Shown here piece after piece: positions 35,420 to 45,677 of a DNA stretch of 64,000 nucleotides (the first letter of the stretch is position 1; the number at the start of each line of letters is the position of its first letter). The DNA is from Candidatus Tayloriibacteriota bacterium (GTDB lineage: Bacteria; Patescibacteriota; Minisyncoccia; Phycocordibacterales; CAIRYW01). The stretch is taken from positions 15,216-79,215 of the forward strand of contig JAQBQZ010000013.1 in NCBI GenBank assembly GCA_028286725.1, in the 5' to 3' direction. The notes below the pieces were generated by a model that was not told the DNA's origin, searched no databases, and worked only from the letters and a program-made list of their open reading frames with translations. The position numbers and the translations under genes were made by a program.

Positions 35420-36349
35420 ATGCAAAGCGAACACACTATTATCCTTTATTATAAATACACACCAGTAGAAAACCCTGAGGCACTCATGCTCTGGCATAAA
35501 GCTGTGTGTGAATCTCTTGATCTCAAAGGGCGAATAATTATCGCCAAAGAGGGTATCAATGGAACTCTTGAAGGAACAACTGCAAATACTCTCAAATATC
35601 GAAAGATGCTTGTGGATTTGAACAAAGACCCAAAGACTCGTGGGACGGGTAATTTTTCTGATATTCAGTTTAAAGATAGTGTTGGAACAGGAAATGCGTT
35701 TCCAAAACTTAAAATAAAAGTCAGACCAGAAATCGTGTCACTCCACCTCGGAGAAGATGATGTAGATCCTCGACATATGACAGGTAAACACTTGCCACCG
35801 GCAGAACTCAAGAAATGGTACGAGAAGAATGAGGACTTCGTGGTAGTTGATATGCGTAACGATTATGAGTTTGATGTAGGTCATTTCAAAAACTCAATCA
35901 ATCCTCAGCTTGAAAACTTTCGAGATCTTCCAAAGAAGCTTAGCGAGATTGCTAATATCAAAGACAAAAAAGTACTCACTGTATGTACTGGTGGAGTGCG
36001 ATGCGAAAAAGCATCAGGTTTTCTTTTGAAAAAAGGATTCAAAGATGTCTACCAGCTTGATGGTGGAATGCACAAATATATGGAGGCTTTTCCTGGTGAA
36101 GATTTTCTCGGAACCCTTTACACATTCGATGGGCGAGTAGTGATGGATTTTGGAGGAGAAAGAGAAATTGTTGGTAAGTGCAAATTCTGTAAAGACAAAA
36201 CTGAACGGTATGAAAACTGTGCTCGAAGTGAATGTAACGCGCGAATGCTCTGCTGTGAAAAATGCCTCGATGAAGGTGGGTTGCCTTGGTGCAGTGAAAA
36301 GTGTAAAGAACTATCCGTTCACCCTGTGAGAAAACCTCAAGCTGTTTAG
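35420..36349 (+). CDS. trhO: rhodanese-domain tRNA U34 hydroxylase TrhO (UPF0176/YceA family)
   Basis: ILYYKY...IIIAKEGINGTLEG, rhodanese CTGGVRCEKA, Cys-rich C-terminus. Confidence 0.7.
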   Translation: MQSEHTIILYYKYTPVENPEALMLWHKAVCESLDLKGRIIIAKEGINGTLEGTTANTLKYRKMLVDLNKDPKTRGTGNFSDIQFKDSVGTGNAFPKLKIKVRPEIVSLHLGEDDVDPRHMTGKHLPPAELKKWYEKNEDFVVVDMRNDYEFDVGHFKNSINPQLENFRDLPKKLSEIANIKDKKVLTVCTGGVRCEKASGFLLKKGFKDVYQLDGGMHKYMEAFPGEDFLGTLYTFDGRVVMDFGGEREIVGKCKFCKDKTERYENCARSECNARMLCCEKCLDEGGLPWCSEKCKELSVHPVRKPQAV

Positions 36350-36453
36350 TTTTGCTATATAATTTGTTAAGTCAAATATAATATGCAAATTGATTTTATT
36401 TTAGTGTGTAGGTTTTCTCCTAGGGCAAGAAGCTCGTGGTATAATATTTCATT

Positions 36454-37476
36454 ATGAATCATCATCAAAAACTTTCTCCATTTCGAAAGATATTCAAAAG
36501 TACGCTTGTTTTTTACAAAACCAATTGGAAAAAGATGGTCTATCTTTTTCTTCCCATTGAAGCAGTAGTTCTCATCTCTCTCATTTGTCTTGATCTCATT
36601 CCTGACTCTGATTCTGTTATTGCGGCTATTGCAGTCGGGCTATTTAGTCTCGCCACTTTTATATTTAGTTGTTTTTATAAATTCTTGGTACTTGATGCTC
36701 CAGGGATTGTAGAGAGAATAAATGAAGGTGAAAGACCTCATCCAAAAGCGTGGTACAAATCTGTGCTTAGAAAAATCATACCTCTTGCGGTTGTGATGTT
36801 TTGCGTCGGGATTCTAAACTTCATTTTTATTTTATTGACTATGATACCTGCAGGAATTGTATTTCTTGTCACCTCAATTTTAACCAAAGGATTACTTCAG
36901 GATAGTATTTCTTCAATGCTTTTCACTATCGCTCTTTCGGTTATTCTTTTGTATTTTGCGCTTCGATTTATAATAAAGTTTTTTGTCGGCGGAATATTTT
37001 CTGCATATATGTATATCTTTGAGGGGAGAAAGGGTCTCGATGCGGTCGCTTCAAGTTTCCTTCTCACTTCAAAAAGGCAGTTTCGACTCTCTTGGCGAAT
37101 GGCAATAATCTGGATTTTGAGTGCAGTACCTTTTGTTCTTGTTGCAATTGCAATTGGTCTATTTATTCCGATCAATAATCTCTCTGATATTTATAGTGCG
37201 TTTTTCCTTCATGAGGAACCGGCTCTTTTAAATCCAGGAATCTTTGCTTCTGTTGTTCTTGATGTTTTCACTTCGCTTGCCACGCTTCTGTCTGCTACTT
37301 TTTTTGTAACATTTACTTATTTTCTTTGGAAGGATGTCAAAACAACATCTCATGCATTTAATGAATCTGAATATTCAAAAACCCGAAAGCATCTTCGAAG
37401 CCTTATAATTGTCGGAATTATTGTTATTGCAGCTTTGATCGTATTTTCTCTCATATACGACACAGTTTCATACTAA
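36454..37476 (+). CDS. hypothetical polytopic membrane protein
   Basis: Hydrophobic helices throughout; family not recognised. Confidence 0.45.
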   Translation: MNHHQKLSPFRKIFKSTLVFYKTNWKKMVYLFLPIEAVVLISLICLDLIPDSDSVIAAIAVGLFSLATFIFSCFYKFLVLDAPGIVERINEGERPHPKAWYKSVLRKIIPLAVVMFCVGILNFIFILLTMIPAGIVFLVTSILTKGLLQDSISSMLFTIALSVILLYFALRFIIKFFVGGIFSAYMYIFEGRKGLDAVASSFLLTSKRQFRLSWRMAIIWILSAVPFVLVAIAIGLFIPINNLSDIYSAFFLHEEPALLNPGIFASVVLDVFTSLATLLSATFFVTFTYFLWKDVKTTSHAFNESEYSKTRKHLRSLIIVGIIVIAALIVFSLIYDTVSY

Positions 37477-37507
37477 GTCTCATTGGCTTTTGTATTATTC
37501 ATTAATT

Positions 37508-37536
37508 TTGAAATGGGTTCTAAAAATGCTAATATG
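37508..37536 (+). promoter_or_regulatory. sigma70-like promoter (TTGAAA, 16 nt, TAATAT) ending 6 nt before the ileS ATG; implies a leaderless or near-leaderless mRNA
   Basis: ttgaaatgggttctaaaaatgctaatat. Confidence 0.4.
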
Positions 37537-37541
37537 GGCGA

Positions 37542-40500
37542 ATGGAAAACAATGAACTAAAGAAAAGTCCGCAAGCCCTTCGTGAAGAGGGAATACTTAA
37601 ATTCTGGGAAGAAAACAACATTTTTGCAAAAACACTTGAAAAGGATTCTCCAAAAGGAGAGTATGTGTTTTATGAAGGTCCTCCAACTGCCAATGGAAAG
37701 CCAGGAATTCATCATATTGAAGCTCGAGTATTTAAGGATGCAATCCCTCGTTACAAGACAATGCAGGGTTTTCGTGTACCTCGAAGAGCGGGATGGGATA
37801 CTCATGGACTCCCGGTAGAGCTTTTGGTTGAAAAAAACCTAGGACTCAAAAGCAAAAAAGAGATCGAAGAATATGGGGTAGTAGAATTCAACAAAAAATG
37901 CAAAGAGAGTGTGCTCCAATTCATCAATGAGTTTCGTAACTTCAGCGCACGAATCGGTTATTGGGCAGATTACAATAATGCGTTTTTTACTTTCAATAAT
38001 TCATACATTGAATCACTCTGGGGAGTGGTGGGCAAGATCAATGAACAGAATTTAATTTACAAAGACTATCGAATCGCACCATGGTGTCCTCGATGTGGAA
38101 CAACGCTTTCGTCTCATGAACTTGCTCAAGGATATCAGGATGTAAAAGATCTTTCGGTGACTGCTAAGTTTCATCTTGTTCCTGGACAGAAATGGGGAAG
38201 TGAATACGAGATAAAAGAGACAGCTTATATTTTGGCGTGGACAACAACTCCTTGGACACTCCCGGGAAATGTTGGTCTTGCTGTGGGGAATGATATTTCT
38301 TATACAGCTCTCCGTGTAGAAGGAATTTCTGAACTCTACATTGTTGCAAGTGCTCGAGTCGAGACTCTTTTTAAGGATCAAAAGATTGAGATTGTACATG
38401 GTGATATCAAAGGAAGTGATCTTGTAGGACTTGTATACGAGCCTCTTTATCCATATCTCATAAACAATATAACTGAAACTGAAAAACCAAAGCTCGAAAA
38501 TGCATTCAAGATATATGCTGCAGATTTTGTGACAACAACAGACGGTACTGGTGTTGTGCATACTGCGGTTATGTACGGATCTGATGACTTTGAACTTGGA
38601 ACAAAGGTTGGACTTCCAAAATTCCATACAGTAACTCCAGAAGGAAACTTCATCGACAATACTGACTTCTTATCTGGCAGATTTGTGAAAGATGAAGAGG
38701 TTGCGGTAGACATTATTAAAGATCTTGCACATAGAGGACTCCTTTTCAAAAAAGAAAAATACGAGCACTCATATCCGCATTGTTGGAGATGTAAGACTCC
38801 TCTCATCTACTACGCAAGAGATTCGTGGTACATCGGAATGTCAAAACTGCGCGATAAACTCGTGGCAGAAAATGAAAAAATAAATTGGGAACCAGAATAT
38901 ATCAAAGAAGGAAGATTTGGCGAATGGCTTCGGGAGATCAAAGACTGGGCTATTTCTCGTGAACGATATTGGGGCACACCGCTTCCAATCTGGATGTCAG
39001 AAGATGGGGAAAAGAGAGTGGTTATAGACAGTATTCAAACGCTCAAAAAATACACAAAGAAATCAGGCAACAACTACAAGCTCATGCGACACGGGAAGAC
39101 CGAGAAGAATGGTCTTGGTGTTTGGGATTTTGTATTGGAAGGAAGTGCATGTTTGAGCGATGAAGGAAAAGCAATGGTTCGAAAAGAAGCAGAGAAACTC
39201 AAAGGCGAAGAGTATAAACCTGATATTGTTTTTGTTTCACCGTACCTTCGAACAGAAGACACAATGCATATCGTGTGTGATGTACTTGGAATCGGTAAAG
39301 AAAATATTATTGATGATCCTCGACTTTCTGAGTGGAGTGTCGGAGAAGGGTGGAATGGCAAGCCGATCGATTCACTTTTTGATGCGATCTACAAAGATGC
39401 GGGCAAAGACTTTCATACATATCGAATGCCAGGCGGGGAAGCGTATGCTGATGTGGTAAAGCGAGCGGGAGAATTCATATATGAGATTGATAAAAAATAT
39501 CAAGGTAAAAGAATTCTTATCGTTAGTCATGCTTCGGTACTGAAGGCTCTTTTTGCTCTCGATAATCTTTTGGATATTTCTCAAATTGCAGAATTCCATA
39601 ATACATTTCTCAAATACAAAAATGCAGAAGTAAGAGATTTTGATTTCGTTCCGCTCCCACATAATGAAAAATATGAAATAGATCTTCATAAGCCTTTTAT
39701 TGATGATGTTGTGCTCGTTGATGAAAATGGAAAAGAATTAAAACGAGTGAAAGAAGTGATGGATGTATGGTTTGATTCAGGAGCTATGCCTTTTGCTCAG
39801 ATGGGGGAGAAGAGGGGCAAGGCAACTTTTCAAGAATATACAAAGAGTATTCCATACCCGGCTGACTTTATTTCTGAAGCTATCGATCAGACTCGCGGGT
39901 GGTTTTATACGCTTCATGCTGTTGGAGTGCTCATGAATCGCGGGAATGCTTACAAAAACGTGATCTGTCTCGGACATCTCTTGGACAAAAATGGAAAGAA
40001 AATGTCGAAGTCACTCGGCAATGTGGTAAACCCTTGGGAACAAATGGACAAGTATGGAATCGATGCGATAAGGCTTTGGATGTATTCAGTGAACCAGCCA
40101 GGAGAGAGCAAGAACTACGACGAGAAAACGGTAGATGAAATAAATAAAAAAGTATTCAATCTTATTGGAAATACATTTACATTCTATGAACTCTATCGAG
40201 ATAAAACTCTCGAGAATAATGAGATACCTCAGACAAAGAATGTAATGGATCTTTGGGTACTTGATCGATTGAATGATTTGGTGATAAATGTTACTCGGAA
40301 TATGGAGAGTTATAAACTCCTTGAACCGGTCCGAGACATTAAGGAATTCGTCGCAGATCTTTCTACATGGTACTTGCAGCTATCGAGAGACAGATTTAGA
40401 GATGGGGATACGGGCGCAAAGCAGACTCTTTATTTTGTATTGAAAACCCTTTCGACACTTTTGGCACCATTTGCACCCTTCTTTGCAGAAGATCTTTATT

Positions 40501-41072
40501 TAAAGCTTCGATTGGAAAATGACGCAGAAAGTGTGCATCTCGGAAATTGGCCAACAGCTACAATTGATGCTGGTGCAGATGATCGCGCAACACAAATGCA
40601 GTTCACTCGAGAGATTGTATCACTGGGACTTGATGCGAGAATGAAAGCTGATATCAAAGTGCGACAGCCGCTAGGAAAGTTGAAAGTCAAAAGTCTAAAG
40701 TCAAAAGTGGGGGAAGAATATTTAATTCTTGTAAAAGAACGAGTAAATATTAAAGAAGTTATTTTTGATGAGTCGGTTACTAATGAAGCTGAGCTTGATG
40801 TTACCATCACACCAGCACTCAAAGAAGAGGGAATTGTTCGAGAGATAATCCGAGCAGTTCAAGACTTGCGAAAGAAAAGCGGACTTACTCCGAGTGATCC
40901 GATTGTACTTCATATTGGCGCCAACGAATCTGGAAAAGATGTACTTGAAAAACCAGAATGGCTCATGATGATTCGAGATGCGGTGCTCGCAAAGAATATT
41001 GAAGTTAAAACTATAGGAGTTGGGGAGAAGATTGTGATTGATGATATTGAGTTTACAATTGCTTTAGCTTAA
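37542..41072 (+). CDS. ileS: isoleucyl-tRNA synthetase with an inserted histidine-phosphatase (PGAM-like) domain
   Basis: WTTTPWTLPGN editing domain, WAISRERYWGTPLPIW, DVWFDSGAMP, KMSKSLGN. HIGH reads GIHH. Insert at about residues 485-740 carries RHGKTEKN, VSPYLRTEDT, GGEAY, IVSHASVLKAL. Confidence 0.85.
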   Translation: MENNELKKSPQALREEGILKFWEENNIFAKTLEKDSPKGEYVFYEGPPTANGKPGIHHIEARVFKDAIPRYKTMQGFRVPRRAGWDTHGLPVELLVEKNLGLKSKKEIEEYGVVEFNKKCKESVLQFINEFRNFSARIGYWADYNNAFFTFNNSYIESLWGVVGKINEQNLIYKDYRIAPWCPRCGTTLSSHELAQGYQDVKDLSVTAKFHLVPGQKWGSEYEIKETAYILAWTTTPWTLPGNVGLAVGNDISYTALRVEGISELYIVASARVETLFKDQKIEIVHGDIKGSDLVGLVYEPLYPYLINNITETEKPKLENAFKIYAADFVTTTDGTGVVHTAVMYGSDDFELGTKVGLPKFHTVTPEGNFIDNTDFLSGRFVKDEEVAVDIIKDLAHRGLLFKKEKYEHSYPHCWRCKTPLIYYARDSWYIGMSKLRDKLVAENEKINWEPEYIKEGRFGEWLREIKDWAISRERYWGTPLPIWMSEDGEKRVVIDSIQTLKKYTKKSGNNYKLMRHGKTEKNGLGVWDFVLEGSACLSDEGKAMVRKEAEKLKGEEYKPDIVFVSPYLRTEDTMHIVCDVLGIGKENIIDDPRLSEWSVGEGWNGKPIDSLFDAIYKDAGKDFHTYRMPGGEAYADVVKRAGEFIYEIDKKYQGKRILIVSHASVLKALFALDNLLDISQIAEFHNTFLKYKNAEVRDFDFVPLPHNEKYEIDLHKPFIDDVVLVDENGKELKRVKEVMDVWFDSGAMPFAQMGEKRGKATFQEYTKSIPYPADFISEAIDQTRGWFYTLHAVGVLMNRGNAYKNVICLGHLLDKNGKKMSKSLGNVVNPWEQMDKYGIDAIRLWMYSVNQPGESKNYDEKTVDEINKKVFNLIGNTFTFYELYRDKTLENNEIPQTKNVMDLWVLDRLNDLVINVTRNMESYKLLEPVRDIKEFVADLSTWYLQLSRDRFRDGDTGAKQTLYFVLKTLSTLLAPFAPFFAEDLYLKLRLENDAESVHLGNWPTATIDAGADDRATQMQFTREIVSLGLDARMKADIKVRQPLGKLKVKSLKSKVGEEYLILVKERVNIKEVIFDESVTNEAELDVTITPALKEEGIVREIIRAVQDLRKKSGLTPSDPIVLHIGANESGKDVLEKPEWLMMIRDAVLAKNIEVKTIGVGEKIVIDDIEFTIALA

Positions 41073-41083
41073 ATAAAAATAAT

Positions 41084-41653
41084 ATGAAAAGAGTAATACT
41101 TATTCACGGATGGGATGGGCATCCTGGAGATCATTGGAAAAAATGGTTTAAGGGAACTTTGATCGGAAAAGGAATACGAGTCATTGAGCCGCAGCTTTCT
41201 GGTGGAAGCCAGCCAGAACTTGAAGTGTGGAATAAAGAAATTGCGGAAGCTATTGGTACTCCTGATATGGATACTTGTGTTGTCGGGCATTCTTTGGGAT
41301 GTATTGCTCTTGTGCATTATCTTCGAAGTTTGAAAGATAGTGAAAAAATTGCAGGAGCTGTTTTTGTGGCAGGCTTCAGTAGTGATATCGGCATGCGGGA
41401 CGACGCTGAATCATTCATAGAAAAATTCTATCTCACACCAGAAGAGGTTGGTAAGGCAAAAAAACATTGTGATAAATTTGTCACAATTGTCTCTGATAAT
41501 GATTCTGCAGTACCTCTCGCAAAAGCTTTGGAATTCCAGAAGGAGCTCGATGCAGAACTCATTCTTGAAGAGGGAAAGGGGCATTTCTGTGAAGAGGATG
41601 GAGTGATGAGGCTTCAGTCTGCGCTCGATTCTGTGTTGAAGATTCTTGAATAG
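41084..41653 (+). CDS. alpha/beta serine hydrolase (YdeN/RBBP9-like)
   Basis: ILIHGW and GHSLG nucleophile elbow. Confidence 0.6.
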   Translation: MKRVILIHGWDGHPGDHWKKWFKGTLIGKGIRVIEPQLSGGSQPELEVWNKEIAEAIGTPDMDTCVVGHSLGCIALVHYLRSLKDSEKIAGAVFVAGFSSDIGMRDDAESFIEKFYLTPEEVGKAKKHCDKFVTIVSDNDSAVPLAKALEFQKELDAELILEEGKGHFCEEDGVMRLQSALDSVLKILE

Positions 41654-41694
41654 CTATTTTTGATTTTCGATCTCTAATCTTTGATTTATCTTCA

Positions 41695-42267
41695 ATGCAT
41701 CACAAATATACAACTCTTGGATTTATTGTAAACACGAGAGGAAGCAAAGAGGCTGATATGCTCTACTCAATCTATACGGAGGATTTTGGAATGGTGTTTG
41801 CGAGCGCAACATCTGTACGTCTCAGTAAATCAAAACTCCGTCCGCACCTTTTTGTGGGCGTATTACTTTCTCTCACAGTCCTTAAAACAAAAACGGGATG
41901 GAAGCTTGTTGAAGCAAAACAAATGGGCGAAATGATTTCGCTTAAAAACAAAGGCTACAAAATATTTGCACGAATGCTTTCTGTACTCAAATCTCTCATT
42001 CATGGCGAAGAGAAAAATGAGTCTCTCTTTGAAGTTGTTTTAAATATGTATAAGCTTATATTAGAGAAAAAAGACACTGAGATTGGGGAGGGAATAGAGA
42101 TGTTGGGAATGATAAAGATATTGGGAAGTCTTGGATACGGGACAGATATCGGAATCTCAAAATATATCGATAAAGATTTTGACGAAGCGACTCTGGATGC
42201 GATTTTTTTGGAAAAGGCTCCGATCGTAAAAGAGATCAATAAGGCGTTGAAGGCGACAGGCTTCTAG
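41695..42267 (+). CDS. recO: RecO-like DNA repair protein (short form)
   Basis: N-terminal OB-fold pattern TLGFIVNTRGSKEADMLYSIYTEDFGMV. Confidence 0.4.
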   Translation: MHHKYTTLGFIVNTRGSKEADMLYSIYTEDFGMVFASATSVRLSKSKLRPHLFVGVLLSLTVLKTKTGWKLVEAKQMGEMISLKNKGYKIFARMLSVLKSLIHGEEKNESLFEVVLNMYKLILEKKDTEIGEGIEMLGMIKILGSLGYGTDIGISKYIDKDFDEATLDAIFLEKAPIVKEINKALKATGF

Positions 42268-42340
42268 GTCTGCCTTCCATTTAATTTTATGCAGTGTTGT
42301 AGCTGTAGTTTTCGTGTTTTCCATTATATAATTAGATTTA

Positions 42341-44287
42341 ATGGAAAATTCTGCTGATAAAAGTAAAATAGAAAATCTTCGCAATGCTCTTTATTCAAGA
42401 AAAATAAAGATCAAGCCTAATTTCGTACTCGATCTTAATGGCCACAAAAGCGAAGTAAAAGATAATTGGGACGAAGAAAAAAAAGAACTCACAAAAAGTG
42501 TTGACTATATTCCCGCTGACCAGCCGCCAAAAAGCTTTTCAAAAAAAGTACTTTGGCTTGCGGTGATATTTTTTATTGTGTCTCTCTGTGTTGCGGGATA
42601 TGTGTATTTCAATGGAAGCAATATCATTTCTGCAAATAACATCAAGATAGAGGTTGTTGGTCCTACAACGGTAAAGGCCGGAGAAGACACATCGCTTGAT
42701 GTATCAATAACAAACAACAATGACACAACTCTCGAAGTAGCAGATCTTATCCTTGAATATCCTCAGGGTACTCGAAGCGCGACAGATTCTGTGACTCCGA
42801 TGACTCATGATCGTGTTGCTTTTGATGACATTGCACCGCACACAACTGTGCGCCGAACTATCAAGTCGGTTCTCTATGGAGAAGAGGGTGCAACTGCTCA
42901 TATTGATATGACTCTCGAATATCGCATACCAACTGCAATGAGTGTGTTTACTAAAGATACATCATATGAAGTGATGATAGGATCGGCGCCGCTTACTCTT
43001 TCTGTCGATGGTCTCAAAGAAGTAAATGCAAATCAAGACTATACACTGACACTCAACGTTGTTTCAAACAGTGATCAGGTAGTAAAAGATGTGCTCCTTA
43101 CTGCTTCATTGCCATTTGGCTATGAAGTTGCATCAACAACTCCTCTACCAATACCTAAGACCACGGTCTGGAATCTTGGAGATATTGAAGCAAATGGCAA
43201 GCGAACAATTGTGATCAAAGGCAAGATGTATGGAGATCATAATGATGAAGATAGATATTTTAAAATAAGCGTTGGAACAAAAGATGCAAAAGTCCCAACA
43301 CAAGTAAGCGGGGTTATCTCTGCAGTTACACAGCAAGTGACGATCAAAGAGCCGTTTATCGGAGTTCTACTTTCGTATGAAAGAAACAGTCCTGCAGGCG
43401 TCGACTATATTGCAAGAAGCGGAACAACATTGTCATCAAACATCAATCTTACAAACAATCTTGATGTGCCGATTTATGATGTTGAAGTTGAATCAAAAAT
43501 AACTGGACCTATTGTTGTTCCTAATACATTTAAGCCAAACGGAGGATTCTATGATTCGAACCTTGGTGTCATTAGATGGAACAAGTCTTATGATAAAAAC
43601 CTGGAGAATATATTACCTAACAATAATATAGATGAGCCTTATACATTCAGTCTCTTCAAATCATCAGTGGCTCAATCGCTCAAAATTACTCATCCCGTAT
43701 TTACAACTGACATTACTGTAAAAGCAAAAAGAAGACTTGAATCAGGTGTTCCAGAAAATATTGTTTCAACAATACATAAGGATATAAAAGTAGAAACTGA
43801 TGCACGCTTCTCTGCTCAGGTAACACACAATACAGGACCTATAGAAAATGAGGGCGATCTTCCTCCAAAGGTAGGGAAGCAGACTCAATATACAGTCACA
43901 TGGGCAATAACAAATACATTCAATGAGCTCGGCGAGGCAAAGGTGAGCGCAATACTTCCTGACTATATTACTTGGAATAATATTGTAGTTGGTCCCGGGG
44001 AGAAGGTTACATACAATCCAGATTCGCGCCAAGTGGACTGGGATGTTGGAGGCATGAATGCACAGTCGAACGGCAAGGTGGCGCTCCGACAGGTGTCATT
44101 CCAGATAGGATTTATACCAAGTCAAAGCCAGGTTCAGACTTCTCCGATCCTTGTAGGTGTTGCGAATTTCACTGCTCGTGATACATTTACAAACACTTCA
44201 CTTTCTGGAACAAATGAAGTATTAACAACACAATTGCCGACAGATCCGCTCTATACATACGATGATTCTCAGGTGCAGCCACAATAA
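42341..44287 (+). CDS. large membrane-anchored surface protein (648 aa), hypothetical
   Basis: Cytoplasmic N-terminus, one TM, long beta-rich Thr/Val/Asn-rich ectodomain. Confidence 0.5.
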   Translation: MENSADKSKIENLRNALYSRKIKIKPNFVLDLNGHKSEVKDNWDEEKKELTKSVDYIPADQPPKSFSKKVLWLAVIFFIVSLCVAGYVYFNGSNIISANNIKIEVVGPTTVKAGEDTSLDVSITNNNDTTLEVADLILEYPQGTRSATDSVTPMTHDRVAFDDIAPHTTVRRTIKSVLYGEEGATAHIDMTLEYRIPTAMSVFTKDTSYEVMIGSAPLTLSVDGLKEVNANQDYTLTLNVVSNSDQVVKDVLLTASLPFGYEVASTTPLPIPKTTVWNLGDIEANGKRTIVIKGKMYGDHNDEDRYFKISVGTKDAKVPTQVSGVISAVTQQVTIKEPFIGVLLSYERNSPAGVDYIARSGTTLSSNINLTNNLDVPIYDVEVESKITGPIVVPNTFKPNGGFYDSNLGVIRWNKSYDKNLENILPNNNIDEPYTFSLFKSSVAQSLKITHPVFTTDITVKAKRRLESGVPENIVSTIHKDIKVETDARFSAQVTHNTGPIENEGDLPPKVGKQTQYTVTWAITNTFNELGEAKVSAILPDYITWNNIVVGPGEKVTYNPDSRQVDWDVGGMNAQSNGKVALRQVSFQIGFIPSQSQVQTSPILVGVANFTARDTFTNTSLSGTNEVLTTQLPTDPLYTYDDSQVQPQ

Positions 44288-44304
44288 ATAAAATTTTAAA
44301 ACAA

Positions 44305-45672
44305 ATGGAAAATAAGATGGAAAAAATAATCAGTCTCTGTAAGCGCCGCGGATTTGTATTCCAGGGTTCTGAGATCTATGGAGGACTTGCAGGTACTTGG
44401 GACTATGGACCGCTTGGTGTTGCGCTCAAGAATAATATTCAAAATCTCTGGTGGAAGAGATTCGTTCTTGATCGAGAAGATATGTACGGAATGGATGCGG
44501 CGATCCTCATGAATCAAAATGTTTGGAAGTCCTCTGGGCACGTTGCTGGATTTTCTGATCCTTTAGTTGAAGATCTTAAAACCAAAAAAAGATACAGAGC
44601 AGATCATCTTCTTGAAGATGCAGGTGTTGATCCAAAGGGGATGAAATTTCCTGATATGGATAAAGTAATAAAAGAAAAAGGACTCAAGAGTCCTGAAGGA
44701 AATCCTCTTGGCGAGGTAAGACAATTTAATATGATGCTCCAGACCTCGATTGGCGCGATCCAGGATGATTCTTCAGTTTCATACCTTCGTCCAGAAACAG
44801 CTGGGGGTATGTTTGTAAACTTTAAAAATGTACTAGACTCACTCCATCCAAAACTTCCTTTTGGTATGGCGCAGATCGGTAAAGCATTTCGAAACGAGAT
44901 CGCTCCTCGAGATTTTATTTTCCGTGTGCGAGAACTTGAACAGATGGAAATAGAATATTTTATAAAGGCGGATTCTTGGAAAGAAAATTTTGAAGCTTTC
45001 AGAAAGGAAGTCTGGGAATATACAAAAGATGTAGGACTTTCCCAAGACAAGGTTCACGAGCTTGAAGTGGCAGATGAAGATAGGGCACACTACAGCAAGC
45101 GAACAATTGATTTTGAATTTGATTTTCCGTTTGGTAAAAAGGAACTTTATGGTCTCGCGTACAGAACAGATTTTGATCTCAAGGCACATACAGTGGGATC
45201 TACAGTTGATCTCTCATATTTTGATGAAGAAACAAAAGAACGATATGTTCCGCATGTGATCGAACCTTCTTTTGGAGTGGGACGAACACTTCTTGCGGTT
45301 CTTTCTGACGCGTATACAGAAGATAATCTTGGGGGGGAAGTCAGAACATTTTTGAAACTGTCTCCGAAAGTTGCACCATTTCTTGTGGCCGTGTCTCCGC
45401 TTCTCAAAAACAAGCCAGAGCTCATGACAAAGGCGAGAGAGGTATACAATGCAATGCGAAAGGTATTTCCAGGACGAGTAATATTTGATGACAATGGAAA
45501 TATTGGAAAACGATATCGACGACAAGATGAGATTGGGACACCTTATTGTGTCGTGATCGACTTTGATACAATCGAAAAAAATACAGGAGTGACTATAAGA
45601 CACAGAGATACAGGAGAGCAGGAGAGAAAGAGTGTTGAGGAAGTAATTGAGTACATCAAAAATAATATCTAA
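44305..45672 (+). CDS. glyQS: glycyl-tRNA synthetase (dimeric, class II)
   Basis: RRGFVFQGSEIYGGLAGTWDYGPLG, class II motifs. Confidence 0.9.
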   Translation: MENKMEKIISLCKRRGFVFQGSEIYGGLAGTWDYGPLGVALKNNIQNLWWKRFVLDREDMYGMDAAILMNQNVWKSSGHVAGFSDPLVEDLKTKKRYRADHLLEDAGVDPKGMKFPDMDKVIKEKGLKSPEGNPLGEVRQFNMMLQTSIGAIQDDSSVSYLRPETAGGMFVNFKNVLDSLHPKLPFGMAQIGKAFRNEIAPRDFIFRVRELEQMEIEYFIKADSWKENFEAFRKEVWEYTKDVGLSQDKVHELEVADEDRAHYSKRTIDFEFDFPFGKKELYGLAYRTDFDLKAHTVGSTVDLSYFDEETKERYVPHVIEPSFGVGRTLLAVLSDAYTEDNLGGEVRTFLKLSPKVAPFLVAVSPLLKNKPELMTKAREVYNAMRKVFPGRVIFDDNGNIGKRYRRQDEIGTPYCVVIDFDTIEKNTGVTIRHRDTGEQERKSVEEVIEYIKNNI

Positions 45673-45677
45673 TAAAA

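Noticed and set aside
38052-38806. Minus-strand ORFs of 191 and 119 aa
   Set aside because: They are antisense to ileS, which has unambiguous full-length synthetase motifs on the plus strand.
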